NCBI GenBank assembly: GCA_044892525.1
Contig: CM097885.1
Location: 201,934,001-201,998,000, forward strand
Source: Schmidtea polychroa
Lineage: Eukaryota
Direction: 5' to 3'
DNA: 64,000 nucleotides
This document shows positions 27,470 to 40,619 of the stretch, piece by piece (positions within the stretch are counted from its first letter, which is position 1; each line of letters starts with the position of its first letter). The translations under genes and the position numbers were made by a program. The notes under the pieces are model-generated. The model saw only the letters and a program-made list of their open reading frames with translations, made no database searches and was not told where the DNA came from.

Positions 27470-27594
27470 CCTTTTGCTGCTTAAAGCTTAAATTATAATT
27501 TTATTGTTTTAAATAATAAATGCTGCTACCAAGCAATCATCATTTTATAATAATAATAATATTAATAATAATATTAATAATAATAATGATCAAT

Positions 27595-29854
27595 TAGAGT
27601 TTCCAAAATATCCGGTTTTTTAGTATCCGCGAATACCGGTTTTCATTATTCGAAAACCGCGGTTAACCGTTCGGATACGGATATTTTGGAAATAGCTAAT
27701 TTAAAAAAGAAAAGATAAAAAACTCGAAAAATTGTCAATTTAATATGAAAATTCACTTTATTTCATTTATATACAAATATTTTATAAAAACTAAGCAATT
27801 TAGAGAATAATCAGATAAACGGGTTTGAAGTTTGCCACAAAAGTGGGAGGAAACAGAGAAAGTCCTTTCGGCTTCGGTTGATGATGGTTTTATTGTTGTT
27901 AAGGTTTCAAATAATTTTTCAAGTTTTTCAGGCCTTTGACCTGTTTTCTTAAATATTATAAAGTCATCTTTGATGTTTAAGTTGGATTTTTGAAAATTTT
28001 CGCAAGTAACATAATTAATTGCAGCATCTAGCTCTGCTTCCAACGAAACTGGTGCATCCGTGTTCAAATCTACATGTTCTGGTGAAGATGAAGGTGATAT
28101 AGATGAAGAAGATTCAAAAAGTCTAGCAAACAGATTAGATGCAAATTCCAAAAAAAATTTTGATGGTTTTATAGAGTTATTGGTGAGACATGCCAGAGTA
28201 TCAATAATGATAGAGTTTTCTCTTTCTTTCATCCGTCGTTCGATATTTAATTTTAATGTACTACAGATCACGTCACTACATTCATTCAATTTGTTGTACA
28301 GAAAATTCATGGCTCCTTTTGCTGTTAATAAATTGGCGTCTTGTCTCCCCAATGTTTCAACAGCTAGTGTTAATGGTTTTATTGCATTCATTAAGCTGGA
28401 CAATTTTTCGAAATCTATTCCAGATACTAGGTGAAGTGCATTTAATTCGATGAGCGTGTTTTGAATTGGAATTCGAACTCTGAGTAGTATTTCTAACATA
28501 GGATGAATAGAGTTCCACCTGTGTTTGAGATACTGTTGAAGTTCTAGTTCGTGCCCAATTTCATCGATAATTTTCTTTTGTAAAATTGAATTTTGAACAC
28601 TAGATTTTTTCAAAAACTTAATCAAAATCTGCACGTTCTTCAGATTTTTTTGTATGCCGACATCTTCATCTTCTGCGAATTCTTCTTCATTAACATCATC
28701 ATCGAAAAATTCATTGTCTTGGAAGTCGTCATCATCTTCTTTTTCTATAATGTCAACATCATTTGATTCAAAAACTTTCTTTTTATAAAATGTTTCAACT
28801 ACCGCCAAATGCAGCCCATGACATAAACATAACTGTGATTCAGATGGACAATCTCTCCCATACTTCACCATTACACTGGCACCATCATTTGTAGTACAAA
28901 CGATGTCGTTTTGGAACGGCAAATTAAACAACTCTAAATGCTTGCTTACAATTTCTAACACTACAGCTGCAGTACACGAACCAGTAGCTCTCACCAAACC
29001 TAGATTGTTGCAATTTCCATTATTTCCATGTACATTAATATTAATAAAGCGATGATTTCGTGCACTTACCCACTCATCAAGGGTTATACTAAACTTACCA
29101 CCATCATTCTTAATTGTTGTTAATTTTTTTATTACCTCTTGTTTTCTATTTTCGAATTCAGTATGAATAAGACTCATAACACTGTTTTCACTTTTTGATA
29201 GGTTATATCCTCTGTCTACAATAGATTGTCTGATAAACTTGGAATTTGTAATTGCACGAATTGTTATTCCGTCTTCAGCGGCTAATCTTGAAACAATCTC
29301 ACTTAAACTTTGCCGTTTAACAAAATCCATCATCGTATTTCTTTTGATTTTTTTGAAGTTTTGCTCTTGCTCCCCCAAAACGGATTCATCATTATCCCGT
29401 TTACAATGGATTTTGTGTACCAGTTTCAGATGGTTTAACATACCACCCGTGTTTCCATTACTATTTGAAATAAAAACCATACACTTTAAACACTGAGCTT
29501 TGGCAACTTTTTTTTGGTAGGAATTTTTTTAAAATATTCCCAAACAGGAGCTGATGGTGCCATGGGCTAAATAGTAGTACAATATAAATTTAATACAAGT
29601 TTTACGGTGAAAAAGAAATTAATTATAATTACCTTTGATTTTTTTCAATTCTTTGATTTGAAAGCTTTACTAACAATTTCGCAATAACAAATTATATCGA
29701 TTTTTTATTCTATTTAAAATTTTATTCTATACATAATTTAAAATAATTTTCACTATCCGATAATCGCGGGTATATTTGAGCGGATACCGAATACGGATTT
29801 TTGTCTGCAAATTTTCGGATATCGGATACGGATAATCCGAACCGTCAAACTCTA
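27595..29854 (-). mobile_element. Near-intact hAT (Ac-like) DNA transposon, 2260 bp
   Basis: TIR TAGAGTTT/AAACTCTA, many subterminal TATCCG/CGGATA motifs, transposase ORF inside. The TSD is obscured by flanking (AAT)n. Confidence 0.9.
27753..29563 (-). CDS. hAT transposase with BED finger; ATG 29563, one 1-nt frameshift in an A8 run (29508-29515), then 575+ open codons
   Basis: MAPSAPVWEYF..AQCLKC..GMLNHLKLVH (BED); FSITLDEW; TTNDGASVM; CLCHGLHL; HRWNSIHPML; KPSSTEAERTFS (hAT dimerisation motif). Confidence 0.85.
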
Positions 29855-29986
29855 ATAATAATCAATAATAATATTAAATTAATAATAATAAATTGTTAAC
29901 ACAGACCAATTAGAGTGAATATTACAGTTTGTGTACTATATTATGTTGATTATTATTTTCTGTAGATAATTTATGTTTAGAAGATT

Positions 29987-30600
29987 TGTAGAGCCCAGCC
30001 GAGTCTCCTGTAAAAATCGATCTCGGGACAGCTGTGGTGAATGTGTGTTGTTTGAGGTAAAGTGTTGATGATTATAAACTAACAAATTAACATAATATAA
30101 ATAACAAATTTAACTTTTTAACTTTTATTAATGAAAAAAAACTAAAGGACCTTAATTAGCCTTAAGTATTTTTCGGCGATATTCTGGCTGAGGCGATTCG
30201 CAGAATCGGATAATACACGTAATATTATTACTTTCGTATAGTTTAGGTTGAGATTATTCTTTCTTCTGTTCAATAATATTAGGGTAGAATTCTAGACAGT
30301 AATCACACTAATTAGAGGATATTGAATCGGTTGAATCAGTTGAATTTTATTGCTTATTATTCACCCCTTTGAAATTTCGTATAGTTTAAATTGGGATTAT
30401 TCTTGGGATTATAGGGATAGAATTCCAGACAATAATCTCGTTAAATAGAAGATTTTTTAGAAAAATGTTGAATTGGCTGAATTGGTTGAATTTTATTTGA
30501 AATTTTTTTCTAATGTTTTTTTTATTTTTTTATTTAATTTTTATTTTACTATAGTAAATTATCGCTATATAGTCTTTTTTAACATTTCGTTTCTCCGACA
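29987..30600 (-). mobile_element. Solo-LTR-like element, related to 49980-50650
   Basis: Minus-strand TGTCGG...GGGCTCTACA termini. The plus-strand end TGTAGAGCCCA.CCGAGTCTC..GGGACAGCTG.GGTGAATGT is shared with 49980. No clean TSD. Confidence 0.6.
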
Positions 30601-30699
30601 CTTCGGGAACAAACACTGTCATAACAAAAAAGCTAATTGGGATTTTGTTATAAATAATAAAAACAATAAAAATATAACAATCTACTACAGTGAACATAC

Positions 30700-31430
30700 T
30701 ACCAACCTTGCAAGACGTTGAAACAATCCTAAATATAGTCTTATCTACATGTTTAAGAATCTTAAACTTGAATTCTCTGAAAGCTTTAGAATAAGGTAAT
30801 ACCAAAACATATTTTTGATCCGTGTTCATAGATCGAATTTTTCACCTTCCGAACTTGACAACATATTATCTTTAACATCAAAAATGAGATCATCACCTTC
30901 AGACAAACCTGTGCAAGAATCATGAGTATTCAACATCCACTTATCAACGGTCTCTGTTGTCATGCCCTCAAGAAAAGATTTAGAATATCCATTTTAAGGA
31001 AACAACTTAACCAAAGAATCAATACTTTCACTGAATTGATAAACGTGAATGATAAAGACCATGCACGAAAACCTAATCCTCTCACCGTATTTCGCTTGTA
31101 TTTACATTCACAAAATCTCTCAAGAGGAGTATAAAAACCAGTATCAGTCGCTTTTCTGTATATTTCAGTCTAATAGTCTTTTTCCTTCCATTGCATAAGC
31201 AGATCCAAAAACGATATCATAGACATTTTTTCTTCTTCACGCGTAAATTTAATATTCATATGCAAATCATTCATATAATCTAAGAAAGTCCTTACATGCT
31301 CACGATTCTCAAACACTCAAAAAATATCATAAACATATCGTTTATACAAAGTTGGTTTAGTTAAATTGCATGATGAAATTTTCTTTTCTAAACTTGATAT
31401 GAAAATAGATGCCATGGTTGGAGCCAATGG
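30700..31430 (-). mobile_element. Penelope-like retroelement RT C-terminal half (degraded)
   Basis: FPLAPTMASIFISSLEK; LYKRYVYDIF (YVDD motif); MNIKFTREEEK..SFLDL..EIYRKATDTG; NGYSKSF; VLVLPYSK. Confidence 0.85.
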
Positions 31431-31684
31431 GAAACTTAAAATTAAAAAATATTAAATTTTTTAAGCTTTTATAACTAGTTCTCAAAAATAAATTATCATA
31501 AAAATATAGTTTAATAACTCATAATATATACAATTTAAAAATTTTAAACATAATTATATTTTGATTTTTTATTCCTAATCATTTTAAAATGTTTACTTAT
31601 TTAAAATTTGATCTACTTATATTTTAAGATTTAAAACAATTCCTCAAGCTCAACAGCAAACTAGTGATTTCATTGATTTCTCCC

Positions 31685-32060
31685 TTATGATGAGAATTGC
31701 TTCTTTAAATTTAAGATTTTTCGGTCGTTTTTAATGGTTACGATTTTAATTAAAATATTTTTGTATACAAATGATTTTCCAGCAGGATTTAGATGTTCTT
31801 TAACTCCTTTGTGCAAGTTTCTAAGCGTACTTTTATATTTTTTTTGCATAGATTGCATGTGATACAGTAGACAACGGTTTTTCGGAAGCATATTTTCTTC
31901 AGTGTCTGAAAGTTTTCCATTGTGAAAATGCTTTCCTTTTTTTATTTTGTGCCAGAGCTTCCCTCAATGTCCACGACTTATGTGCTATACAAATTGGAAG
32001 GTCAGTGTTTTTAAGTTCCTTCAGTCGGGTTTGTCACTGATGAATGGAATATCATCAATA
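31685..32060 (-). mobile_element. Penelope-like linker and GIY-YIG endonuclease fragment
   Basis: IPFISDK/RLKELKNTDLPICIAHKSWTLREAL; CLLYHMQSMQKKY..TLRNLHKGVKEHL..NLKEAILI (frameshifted). Confidence 0.6.
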
Positions 32061-32425
32061 TGTCTCTGCTTTGAATTCATATACATTGCTCTCATGCCAG
32101 TGTGATCTGGAAGATGAAACGCACATAGTACAATTTTGATATTTTCAGTGTCATCGTCAAAAACGACTTCTAGTTTTTGATAATTTCTTATAAAAAAAGG
32201 TTGTTTTCAATTAAATTAAAGTTTTTTACGTTAATAATAAAGTTTTTTCTTTAATCCACACTAAAATTACATTTCCAGATCACATCTCCTTAAAGAAACT
32301 GGAGTAAGTTAGATTATTCAATAGATGAATAAATACATTTATAAATAGATTATTTTAAAATTTAATTATTTGGTGTAAAATATAGATTCGACATTAATTA
32401 ATTAATTTAAAGATAAAACTCAAAA

Positions 32426-32718
32426 NNNNNNNNNNNNNNNNNNNNNNNNNNNNNNNNNNNNNNNNNNNNNNNNNNNNNNNNNNNNNNNNNNNNNNNNNNN
32501 NNNNNNNNNNNNNNNNNNNNNNNNNNNNNNNNNNNNNNNNNNNNNNNNNNNNNNNNNNNNNNNNNNNNNNNNNNNNNNNNNNNNNNNNNNNNNNNNNNNN
32601 NNNNNNNNNNNNNNNNNNNNNNNNNNNNNNNNNNNNNNNNNNNNNNNNNNNNNNNNNNNNNNNNNNNNNNNNNNNNNNNNNNNNNNNNNNNNNNNNNNNN
32701 NNNNNNNNNNNNNNNNNN
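32426..32718. other. Assembly gap (N run)
   Basis: Run of N. Confidence 1.
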
Positions 32719-33480
32719 ATTTAAAAAGAATAAAGTTTTGAATGTCTGGCGACTGCTAAAAGAATGAACGTTGAAATCTCCCTTAATTATACATTAAAAT
32801 TCCTTAAATGCTTGAAAAATTTCCTATTGAAATATGTCTTTACAATTTATTAAAAGCCTTAAATTATTTATTACTTAATGGACGTAGTTAACATAAGAAA
32901 TAGTGATACATATTAATAATAGTATAAAATAATAACTTCATCACTCACGTAATATTTGAACAATGGTTAAGTGGTTTGTATTCAGCTGTAATTAAGACTT
33001 TTACGTATTTATTTTGGCCGGTTTAATATCCGTTTTCATTTAGCTTCAATGTTTTTTCTGAATGCGTGTCATTACTGAGTGTAATTTAAAAAGGATCCAG
33101 GCATAAAATTTAAATCTTTTCACACGGAACTAAAATATTAATTTGTGATGAGTCTTTAACCCTTTAATGTATGATTTTTATGTCTATTTATTATGTAGTC
33201 AACTGGCTGTGAGTGATAATGTTTCTCACGAATCATAAAAATTACATGCGCATCTGTGATGGAGAGATAACGACATGGATATATATTTTCTTAATATTAT
33301 TATAATATAAATACGAAACCAAATAAATTCGTATTTCTGCAATACTATGCATTAAAAAGTTAATTTAACTATCTACTATATAGAATGGATTTTCAAAAAG
33401 AACACAATGGTGAAACAATATTCAGGTTTTAAATGATTAAATTAGAATCCGTCTGTTATTTTTGTTTTGCACGCAATAGC

Positions 33481-33557
33481 GATGCCAATGCCGATGCCGA
33501 TGCCAATGCCAATGCCAATGCCAATGACAATGCCAATGCCGATGACAATGCCAATGC
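33481..33557. repeat. Hexamer microsatellite (ATGCCA/ATGCCG/ATGACA), about 13 copies
   Basis: GATGCCAATGCCGATGCCGATGCCAATGCCAATGCC... Confidence 0.95.
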
Positions 33558-33659
33558 TAGAGTGCACGTCATATAAATTGTAATTCAATATTTTATCGCT
33601 AGTTTTGTAGTATATTTAAACAAAACGACCGGTAATTACAACTGGTTATATCTTCTCTT

Positions 33660-36600
33660 CTATTTAGGAACTATTAATTGAACGTTGACATTGGTTCTTC
33701 GACTTGAAAGGTTCCTGATTAAGTTAGGATTAAGTTTCTTTCGGTCTTCATCTTGCATAAATATACTTGACTACGATAATATATACATTGTCTTGTTTTT
33801 TACACCATTTTTCGCTTATTTTACTGGGATTCGCCAACCTCGCTTTTTACACTATCTTTTGGTTCATTCATTTTTATTATCTCTAAATGAGCTGCTAATA
33901 ACTGTTTTCTTAATTCTTGTATTAATGCTAGTTGCTTCTCATTTCGTTTGATCACTCTCGGCTTGAAGATTATCGTGGTCTGCTGTGCTCTCATACCACT
34001 TTTCTTTCGATTCAATATCTTTTGGTAATTTTCTTTCAGCTTCTCTTGTCTCTCCATTTCTCATTTTTGGTTTTCGGTTTCGTTTCTCAATCGTGCGATT
34101 TCCTTTTTGATTGCTTTAGTCTCTTTTAGCATTATTTTGGCATAATCACATTGTACTTCCAAGTGATTAATATAATTTCGATCGTCTCTCTGATCCCTTT
34201 CAATCTCCTAGTTTCGGATTTCCAATAATCTTTGATCACTGCTTGAGCTCTCAGCTCCACTATTTCTCGACTTAAGCTCTCGTTTTCGTTTTCCTTCTTT
34301 CTCAATACTTGTTTCTGATTATAAATCTTGTTTAATGGCATTCACTAATTGCCTTGTTTGAATCAATTGTTGTTTTATTCTCGCGATTTCTACAACTTCT
34401 TTATCACTTTCTGAAATAACGTCTTATTGGATCTCCACTTTTAATCATAATATTTTAACCAGTGTTTCGAACCCCGAAAATTATGGGTTCGGGTTCGGGT
34501 TCGGGTTCAATGGAATAAAATTTAATGGGTTCGGGTTCGGTTCGGGTTTGGGTTCAGGTTCAAATTAAAAAAAGCGAAATTTTTAATTAATATTTTATTT
34601 TGAATATATAGAAATATATATCAGTATTAAAGTATAATATAATATTATTTAATTTATTTTTGGAAAATATTTTCATTAAGTCTAACAAATAAAATGTTTC
34701 TTAAAGAATCAACACTTAAATGTATTCTTTGTGGAGCTAAAATTAGTTTCAGCGCAGAAAATGCCCTCTCGACGCTGACTTGTGTAGCAGGAACAGCAAA
34801 TACAATCTGAGCAGCTTCATAAAGTAATGGTGTTTTTCAATTTTTCTTTGCTCCCAGAATTCTAAAATATTTTTGTCTTTAGGAAGCCTGGGATAGGTTT
34901 CATAAATATCGATTTCGGTTTTGAAAGCCATACAAGCATTGGATTTGTTAAAATTTTTCGGCATTGATGCTGCAGCTGATATAGAATTTTTTTCTTTGTT
35001 CTTTAGCATTTCTTCCAGCATGTCTGCTTCTTCATCTGAGGAACTAGAGATTAAATTGGAAGTGATAGTAGTTTCGATAGTTCGTGCTTTATTTTCAGTT
35101 TCCAGATGTAAATCTTTTAATTTTCTTATTATGGATAAAATGTGATTTTGAGCTTTGGTTGTATTATCATCATTAAGCATCAATTTGAATCTAGGATCTA
35201 AATATATGGCGGCGTTTAAAAGTTCATTATCTATAAATGATTTTTCTCGTTTAATAATATTTGAATATAAATCTGCACCTAATTTTTTATTCGTGATTTT
35301 TTGTAAATCTAATTTAAACTTCAACCACAGCCCATAAAAATCTCCTAAATTCATCTGCTCATTTTGTAACTGCAAAGTTAACTTTTTAACTGGCTCTAAA
35401 ATTTCAACAAAATCTGAAATAAATTGCCACATATTTTCATTAATGCTAGATCAGGATCTACTACATCTAAACAAAAAGTTTTATAATCCAACAAGCGTTT
35501 GAGCATATCGAAGGTGGAATTCCACCGAGTTGGACAATCCAACATAGCTTTCTTTAGGCCCAACGTTTTAGCTAATGAAGCTCTATTAGGTGTCCTCAAC
35601 TTTTTGGAAATATCTCTGCATGTGGCAATCTTTTTTTTACTGAAGAGTTACTAGTAGTGTCATAAACTGCTAATTGAGCAGTATGGGCTACGCACCTAAA
35701 ATGAATAATATTACCATATAAATTAGACAAAATTTCCAGAGCTTCTTCTTCATTCTCAACTATTAATTCCTCATCTTCATCTTCTACTTCTTCATGTTCA
35801 GAAACTTCTTGAAACTCATCTCTTAACAGCTCAGCCGCTTTAAGCATGTTTCTACCATTATCTGAAGTAACTGAATAAACTTGGCTTAATTGTATATCGT
35901 AAGATTGGATTACTTCAATTATCACATTTTTTATTTAATTAGCTGTTTGACGATCGTCAACCTCATACATGGCTAAAGTTCTCAAATTAATTTTTCCATT
36001 GTTAATGAACTGAATATTTATGCCAATTACGCTTCTACCAAGCCGGGATGCTGAATCAATTTTTACAGATATTAATTTTTTTTTCAAATCGCCTTTAATC
36101 AAATTTTTCATTTCAATAGCCTTATTATTTACTAAATCCTTAATATTTTCAGAATTTACAGCCAGTTTTAATGATTTCATTATCGGTTCTATTATATCAC
36201 GCATGCCAGAATCTTTGAAAATAGTAAACGGGCGCCCATTAACGGTAACTAATTTTATGCAGGCATCAGTGAAATATTTTGATGACATATTAATTTTAAT
36301 CAAATTGAAATAATTTTCAATGGAAACTGAATTTGTATCCTGAAGTTTAAACTTTTTGGTGGTTTGTGATGTAGACTCTTCAGTTATATTTCGATATTCA
36401 TCAGGATGTTTCCGTTTGATATGGCGACCCAGATTTGCAGTATGTTTACCTTTCATAGAAAAAGAGCATTTTGTACATATTGACTGGTCTTTGATAGAAT
36501 CATATTCGAAAAATTTTTTTACATGGTTTGCTGACATCTGAAGGACAAAAATTTTTTTTTAATATAATTTATAATTAAAAATAAAAACTGTAAAATGGAA

Positions 36601-38440
36601 AATTTTTTAATTAATTACTACAAAAATTTAAGCACCTAAATTTATGTTAAAAAAGTTCCCACAAACATATATTCGAAGAAATATATTCGCTAGTTAAAAA
36701 AAATTAATTAAAAAAGCGCGCTGGAATAAAACAAATGCATACATAAGTTGTAGTTAGTTATAGTTACCTTAATGTTTTATCCAAGTTTTTTCTGTAATAC
36801 AGTATTTTTAATTTTTTAATATTTAATTTCAATTAATTAATTTATTTAGCATCACACTTTTTTAAATATTACACACTTTTTAAATAATAGTATAATAATC
36901 AGGCTACAAATTTCTTTGACTGTTGAAATTGGAATAATTTTTCTTTCTGATTTTTAAATTTAATTTGAAAATGGAGAAAATAATACAATCACTATAACAA
37001 CAATCTAGATTTGATGAACACTAGATGAAAATGATAAAAATAATATACATAAATCGCGACGATGTAATCAATACAAGACCAAATGTAAATTTGTTCATGT
37101 TCATTCACGCACGATTTACGGAATATTCATGTTCTGAGAAACTAACAAAAAATAAGAAAAATGTTTCTTAGAAAAAAATATATTTTTTCATTTTATTTGT
37201 TATTCAGGAAAAAGAATTCTCAAAAAAAATTAAAAAAAATTAAAAAAATGTTTTTTTATTGAACCTGAACCCGATTTTTGAATGGGTTCGGGTTCGGTTC
37301 GGGTTCACAAATTTGTTTGAACCGGAGCGGGTTTTGGGTTCGGGTTCGGGTTCGGGTTCGAAACACTGATTTTAACGGTTCCTGTTCAATTGGTGTCACA
37401 AATTGATTTGGTTTCGGTTGTTCTGTTGTCTTTCTTTTATCACTCGACGACTCTCCTCGTTTCACTTGGCGATTACTCGTTAGATAATTCATTTCTACAA
37501 TTATATACGCCATTATCTCAATTTACTTTTTATTGAATTTTTGATTTTCTGATTTTTATATTTTTTGCTTTTCTTATTCTTATGGATTTTTTTAAAGTTT
37601 GTTATCATTTTTATAATTTTCTTCACTCTTTTCTTTATACATACCATTATAGACATCATTGTCACTTTATAACTTTTCTCATATCCACGTTTCGTTATTT
37701 TCATCAAAAACTTCATCGGTTGTTGGTTCTATTGGTTGAGTCTTCGGCATCGGTATTGAATATAGTCACATTAATAATATTGGTGGTTGACTTCTCAAAC
37801 AATTCTGTTGAGATATGCATCTCCTTATCTAGCAAACAATCAAGCCGATTCTCATTCTCTATCATCTCTTCTAGTTGGGTCTTCTCAAATACTTTCAGTT
37901 TCTCAATTTCTTCTCTCAGAAAGGGTTCATTCGCCTCGAAGCTTTGCCTTTCCATATCAGTTTCTTGTTTTGGTTGTTCTATTTTTTGGAATTTGAACCA
38001 GGTTTCTACTTCTACATTTTTGTATGGTTGGCTTCTTCTCTTCACAAATTATAACTCTTTTTGTCGTTTCCTCATCTAACTCCTGCCGTTTGCTTTGGCT
38101 CCTTTGTTATGGTTTTTGCTACTGCTTACTATTTTTGGCATTGGATAATTCTTTATCTTTACGATGTTTTTGGGTTTAGTTCTTTTCCTTTTGTCAACAC
38201 AATGTGTCGTAAAAATGTGACTCTCGCTTTTGCCCAATCGCATTTTGATGGTATTAGTTCTAGTTTCCGTTAGGTGTTGCTTGAATGAGTTTGAATAGAT
38301 CAATAAGTCATCGATATATACCATACATCGTTTTATTCTGTGGGTCACAAAGTTAATGCACTTTTGAAATGAGGCTGGTGCGTTTGTTAAACAGAATGGC
38401 TTCTTTTTGAACTGATATAGGTCTTTTCCTATCTTTTATA
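33660..38440 (-). mobile_element. Degraded Gypsy-like remnant split by the hAT insertion (RT fragment at 38050-38440; K/E-rich segments on both sides of the hAT)
   Basis: PFCLTNAPASFQKCINFVT..CMVYIDDLLIYSNSFKQHL (YIDD motif). Similar A-rich low-complexity DNA continues on both sides of the hAT TSD. Confidence 0.6.
34460..37368 (-). mobile_element. Full-length hAT transposon (2909 bp) with pseudogenised BED-finger transposase (about 36537-34665)
   Basis: Perfect 14-bp TIR CAGTGTTTCGAACC; perfect 8-bp TSD ATTTTAAC; subterminal (GGGTTC)n arrays. Motifs CTKC..LGRHIKRKH, SVKIDSAS, VTSDNGRNM, RCVAHTAQL, CPTRWNST and PATQVSVERAFS span one nonsense codon and 3 frameshifts. Confidence 0.95.
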
Positions 38441-38649
38441 TCAATCAAGTGGTCTGAACATTAAAATGGAATGCCGTACGAATGAAATGCATTCTACTGC
38501 AGATATACTAACAGAACTAAATGCGATAAGTGTAAACAATGTCAAACGATTTACGAAGAACCATGCGTTTTTCTCGATCTTATTTGCAACTGCATAGTAC
38601 TCGTTATATTCTATAATGTTTTTCTCCAAGTAATGAAGACCATTTTCCG

Positions 38650-40442
38650 GCACATGTAATGCTTCTTTGTGCGTTACTCTAAGAGCTTCCTACAACTGCA
38701 TCTTCTCAAGGTCTTCTGTGTCGTTGTCATCATCCCCATTTTGGCGCTTACGCTGTACTAGCTCTCAAATTTCAACATCGGTTGACGTGCCATGGCATGT
38801 CACTTCGTTATCGCAGTCTACAAAAGCTTCAAAATCTTCTTGCGTGACTGTTTCTCCTAGCTCAGCAGTCACTAATGGAATCAGCAGAACATCATCTTCA
38901 TTGTCGTCCGGACCAACAGTTGGAAAGTCAGCTTTACTGAAACAGTTTCGGATCGTAGCTGGCCACACCAGCAACATCACCTGCTTCAGCATGTGCAAGC
39001 AACTAGCACATCAATTGAATTTGCGTAATCAATAATTGAGCGTCCTTCGTCGATGGCCTGAAGCATTTGCCGCATCACTTGCGTTCTGTAGTGGACTTTC
39101 ATGGTGCGGATATTTCCTTGATCCAGCGGCTGTATAATAGATGTTGTGTTTGGTGGTATAAACTCCAGTTTTATGTTATTGAGATGTCCTTCTACTTTAT
39201 GACAAACCGCGTTATCGGCAAACAGAATGATTTTTCGATTGCCAAGCTCCAGATCAAATTTAAGAAGAATATCAGCCCAAATTCAACTGGTCATCCAAGC
39301 GTTACTGCTGCTGAAATACGGCAAAGGCGGTCGAGCAGTTCGAATGCACCTTGGATTTGCAAATTTCTCCACAACATGTGCTTTCTTTTCAGTACCATTA
39401 GCATTGCAGAGAAGAAGCACAATCATTCGTTCGTTCGTCGTCTTTCCACCAGTTGGTTCAGTACCAATAACAGCTAATGTGCCAGAGGGCGCCGCTTTGT
39501 AGAATAAGACTGTTTCGTCAGTATTAAAGATATCGGATGCATCATAACCTTCAATCAAGGTGGGCAAGACGTTGGCAATTCAATTTTTGGCACCGGTATG
39601 GTTTGCAGCAGCTCTTTCAACACCAATCTTCATAAACCTATTATTATGCCGAATTTTAAGATGCTCTAGCCAGCCATTTGTTCGAACAAATGATGCGCAG
39701 CCAATCGTCACAGCTAGCGGCTGCATCTTCTCCATCATTAATGGGACATTGATCACAGCATTTTCCTGCCTCATTTCATAAAACCATTCCAAATCTTCTT
39801 CGTTTGGACTTTCACGTTTTCTTTTTCGGTTCAGATTCACGTTGGTTAACGCTTCATGGCGAATCTATTTGTCTGCTTTCTTTTTTGGAGATAGTTGACT
39901 GACTCACTTTGAACTCCTTAGTAACAGCAGGTTGCTTTTTCAATTTTAACGCCTCCAAAACTTGTAGCTTTTCTCAATTGTAGGCGTATTTATTTGCAAA
40001 GCACTAGCCATGATACTGCTAGTAAATTTAATTTGATTATTTATTCGTTATAACAAAAATCAAACGTACGCTACTATACTGTAACAAACTTAAACAATAA
40101 TGAAAAGATATTTTATGCACGGTAACGCACCTTTAATATACAAGCACAAAAAATTGTTTAATTCAAAACATGTACAAACATGCAATCAATAAACAAGCGT
40201 CGAAATGTCCACATATAATGATGCTTATTGTCTTAATACGCTGTAAATATGCACTTAAGTGGAGTACAAATCGAAAATCAATCTCAACTCCTATTCCTAT
40301 ATGCGGAGTATTCTAATATCCAATATTCATTTAAGTGAACTTCCCACTACGTAAAATTTGCAAAGAAATCTTGGACACATAAATGCTATTCATTTAAGCG
40401 GAGAATTCCTATATCCGATATTCTTATATGCAGAGTCGACTG
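38650..40442 (-). mobile_element. Tigger/pogo (Tc1-mariner) transposon, degraded
   Basis: CENP-B-like HTH (LEWFYEMRQ..NGWLEHLKIRH) and IFNTDETVLFYK..ERMIVLLLCNANGTEK..NAWMT (pogo DDE). The terminus at 40442 reads CAGTCGACTCTGC on the minus strand, next to TA. The other TIR was not found. Confidence 0.88.
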
Positions 40443-40619
40443 TATTAAGGAAGTAGTCGGATCGTGAGAGAATTGTTAAAAATGAAAGCCTATGGCTATA
40501 CAATCAACAAAGAAACTAATTAAACCTACTAAAGTTTATTTATTTGAATCAATTTTCATTGACTTTGCCAGCTCAATAAAATCTGCTAGGAGTGGAAAGA
40601 AGTATATTTTGGCGGTATA

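Noticed and set aside
28060-29496. Plus-strand ORFs over the hAT transposase (also 34921-36541, 39067-39781, 61198-62189)
   Set aside because: Antisense shadows of TE coding sequence.
34470-34560. (GGGTTC)n arrays as telomere-like or CRISPR-like repeats (also 37280-37360)
   Set aside because: They are subterminal repeats within the hAT TIRs, with no unique spacers. No CRISPR array or cas gene is present in the window.
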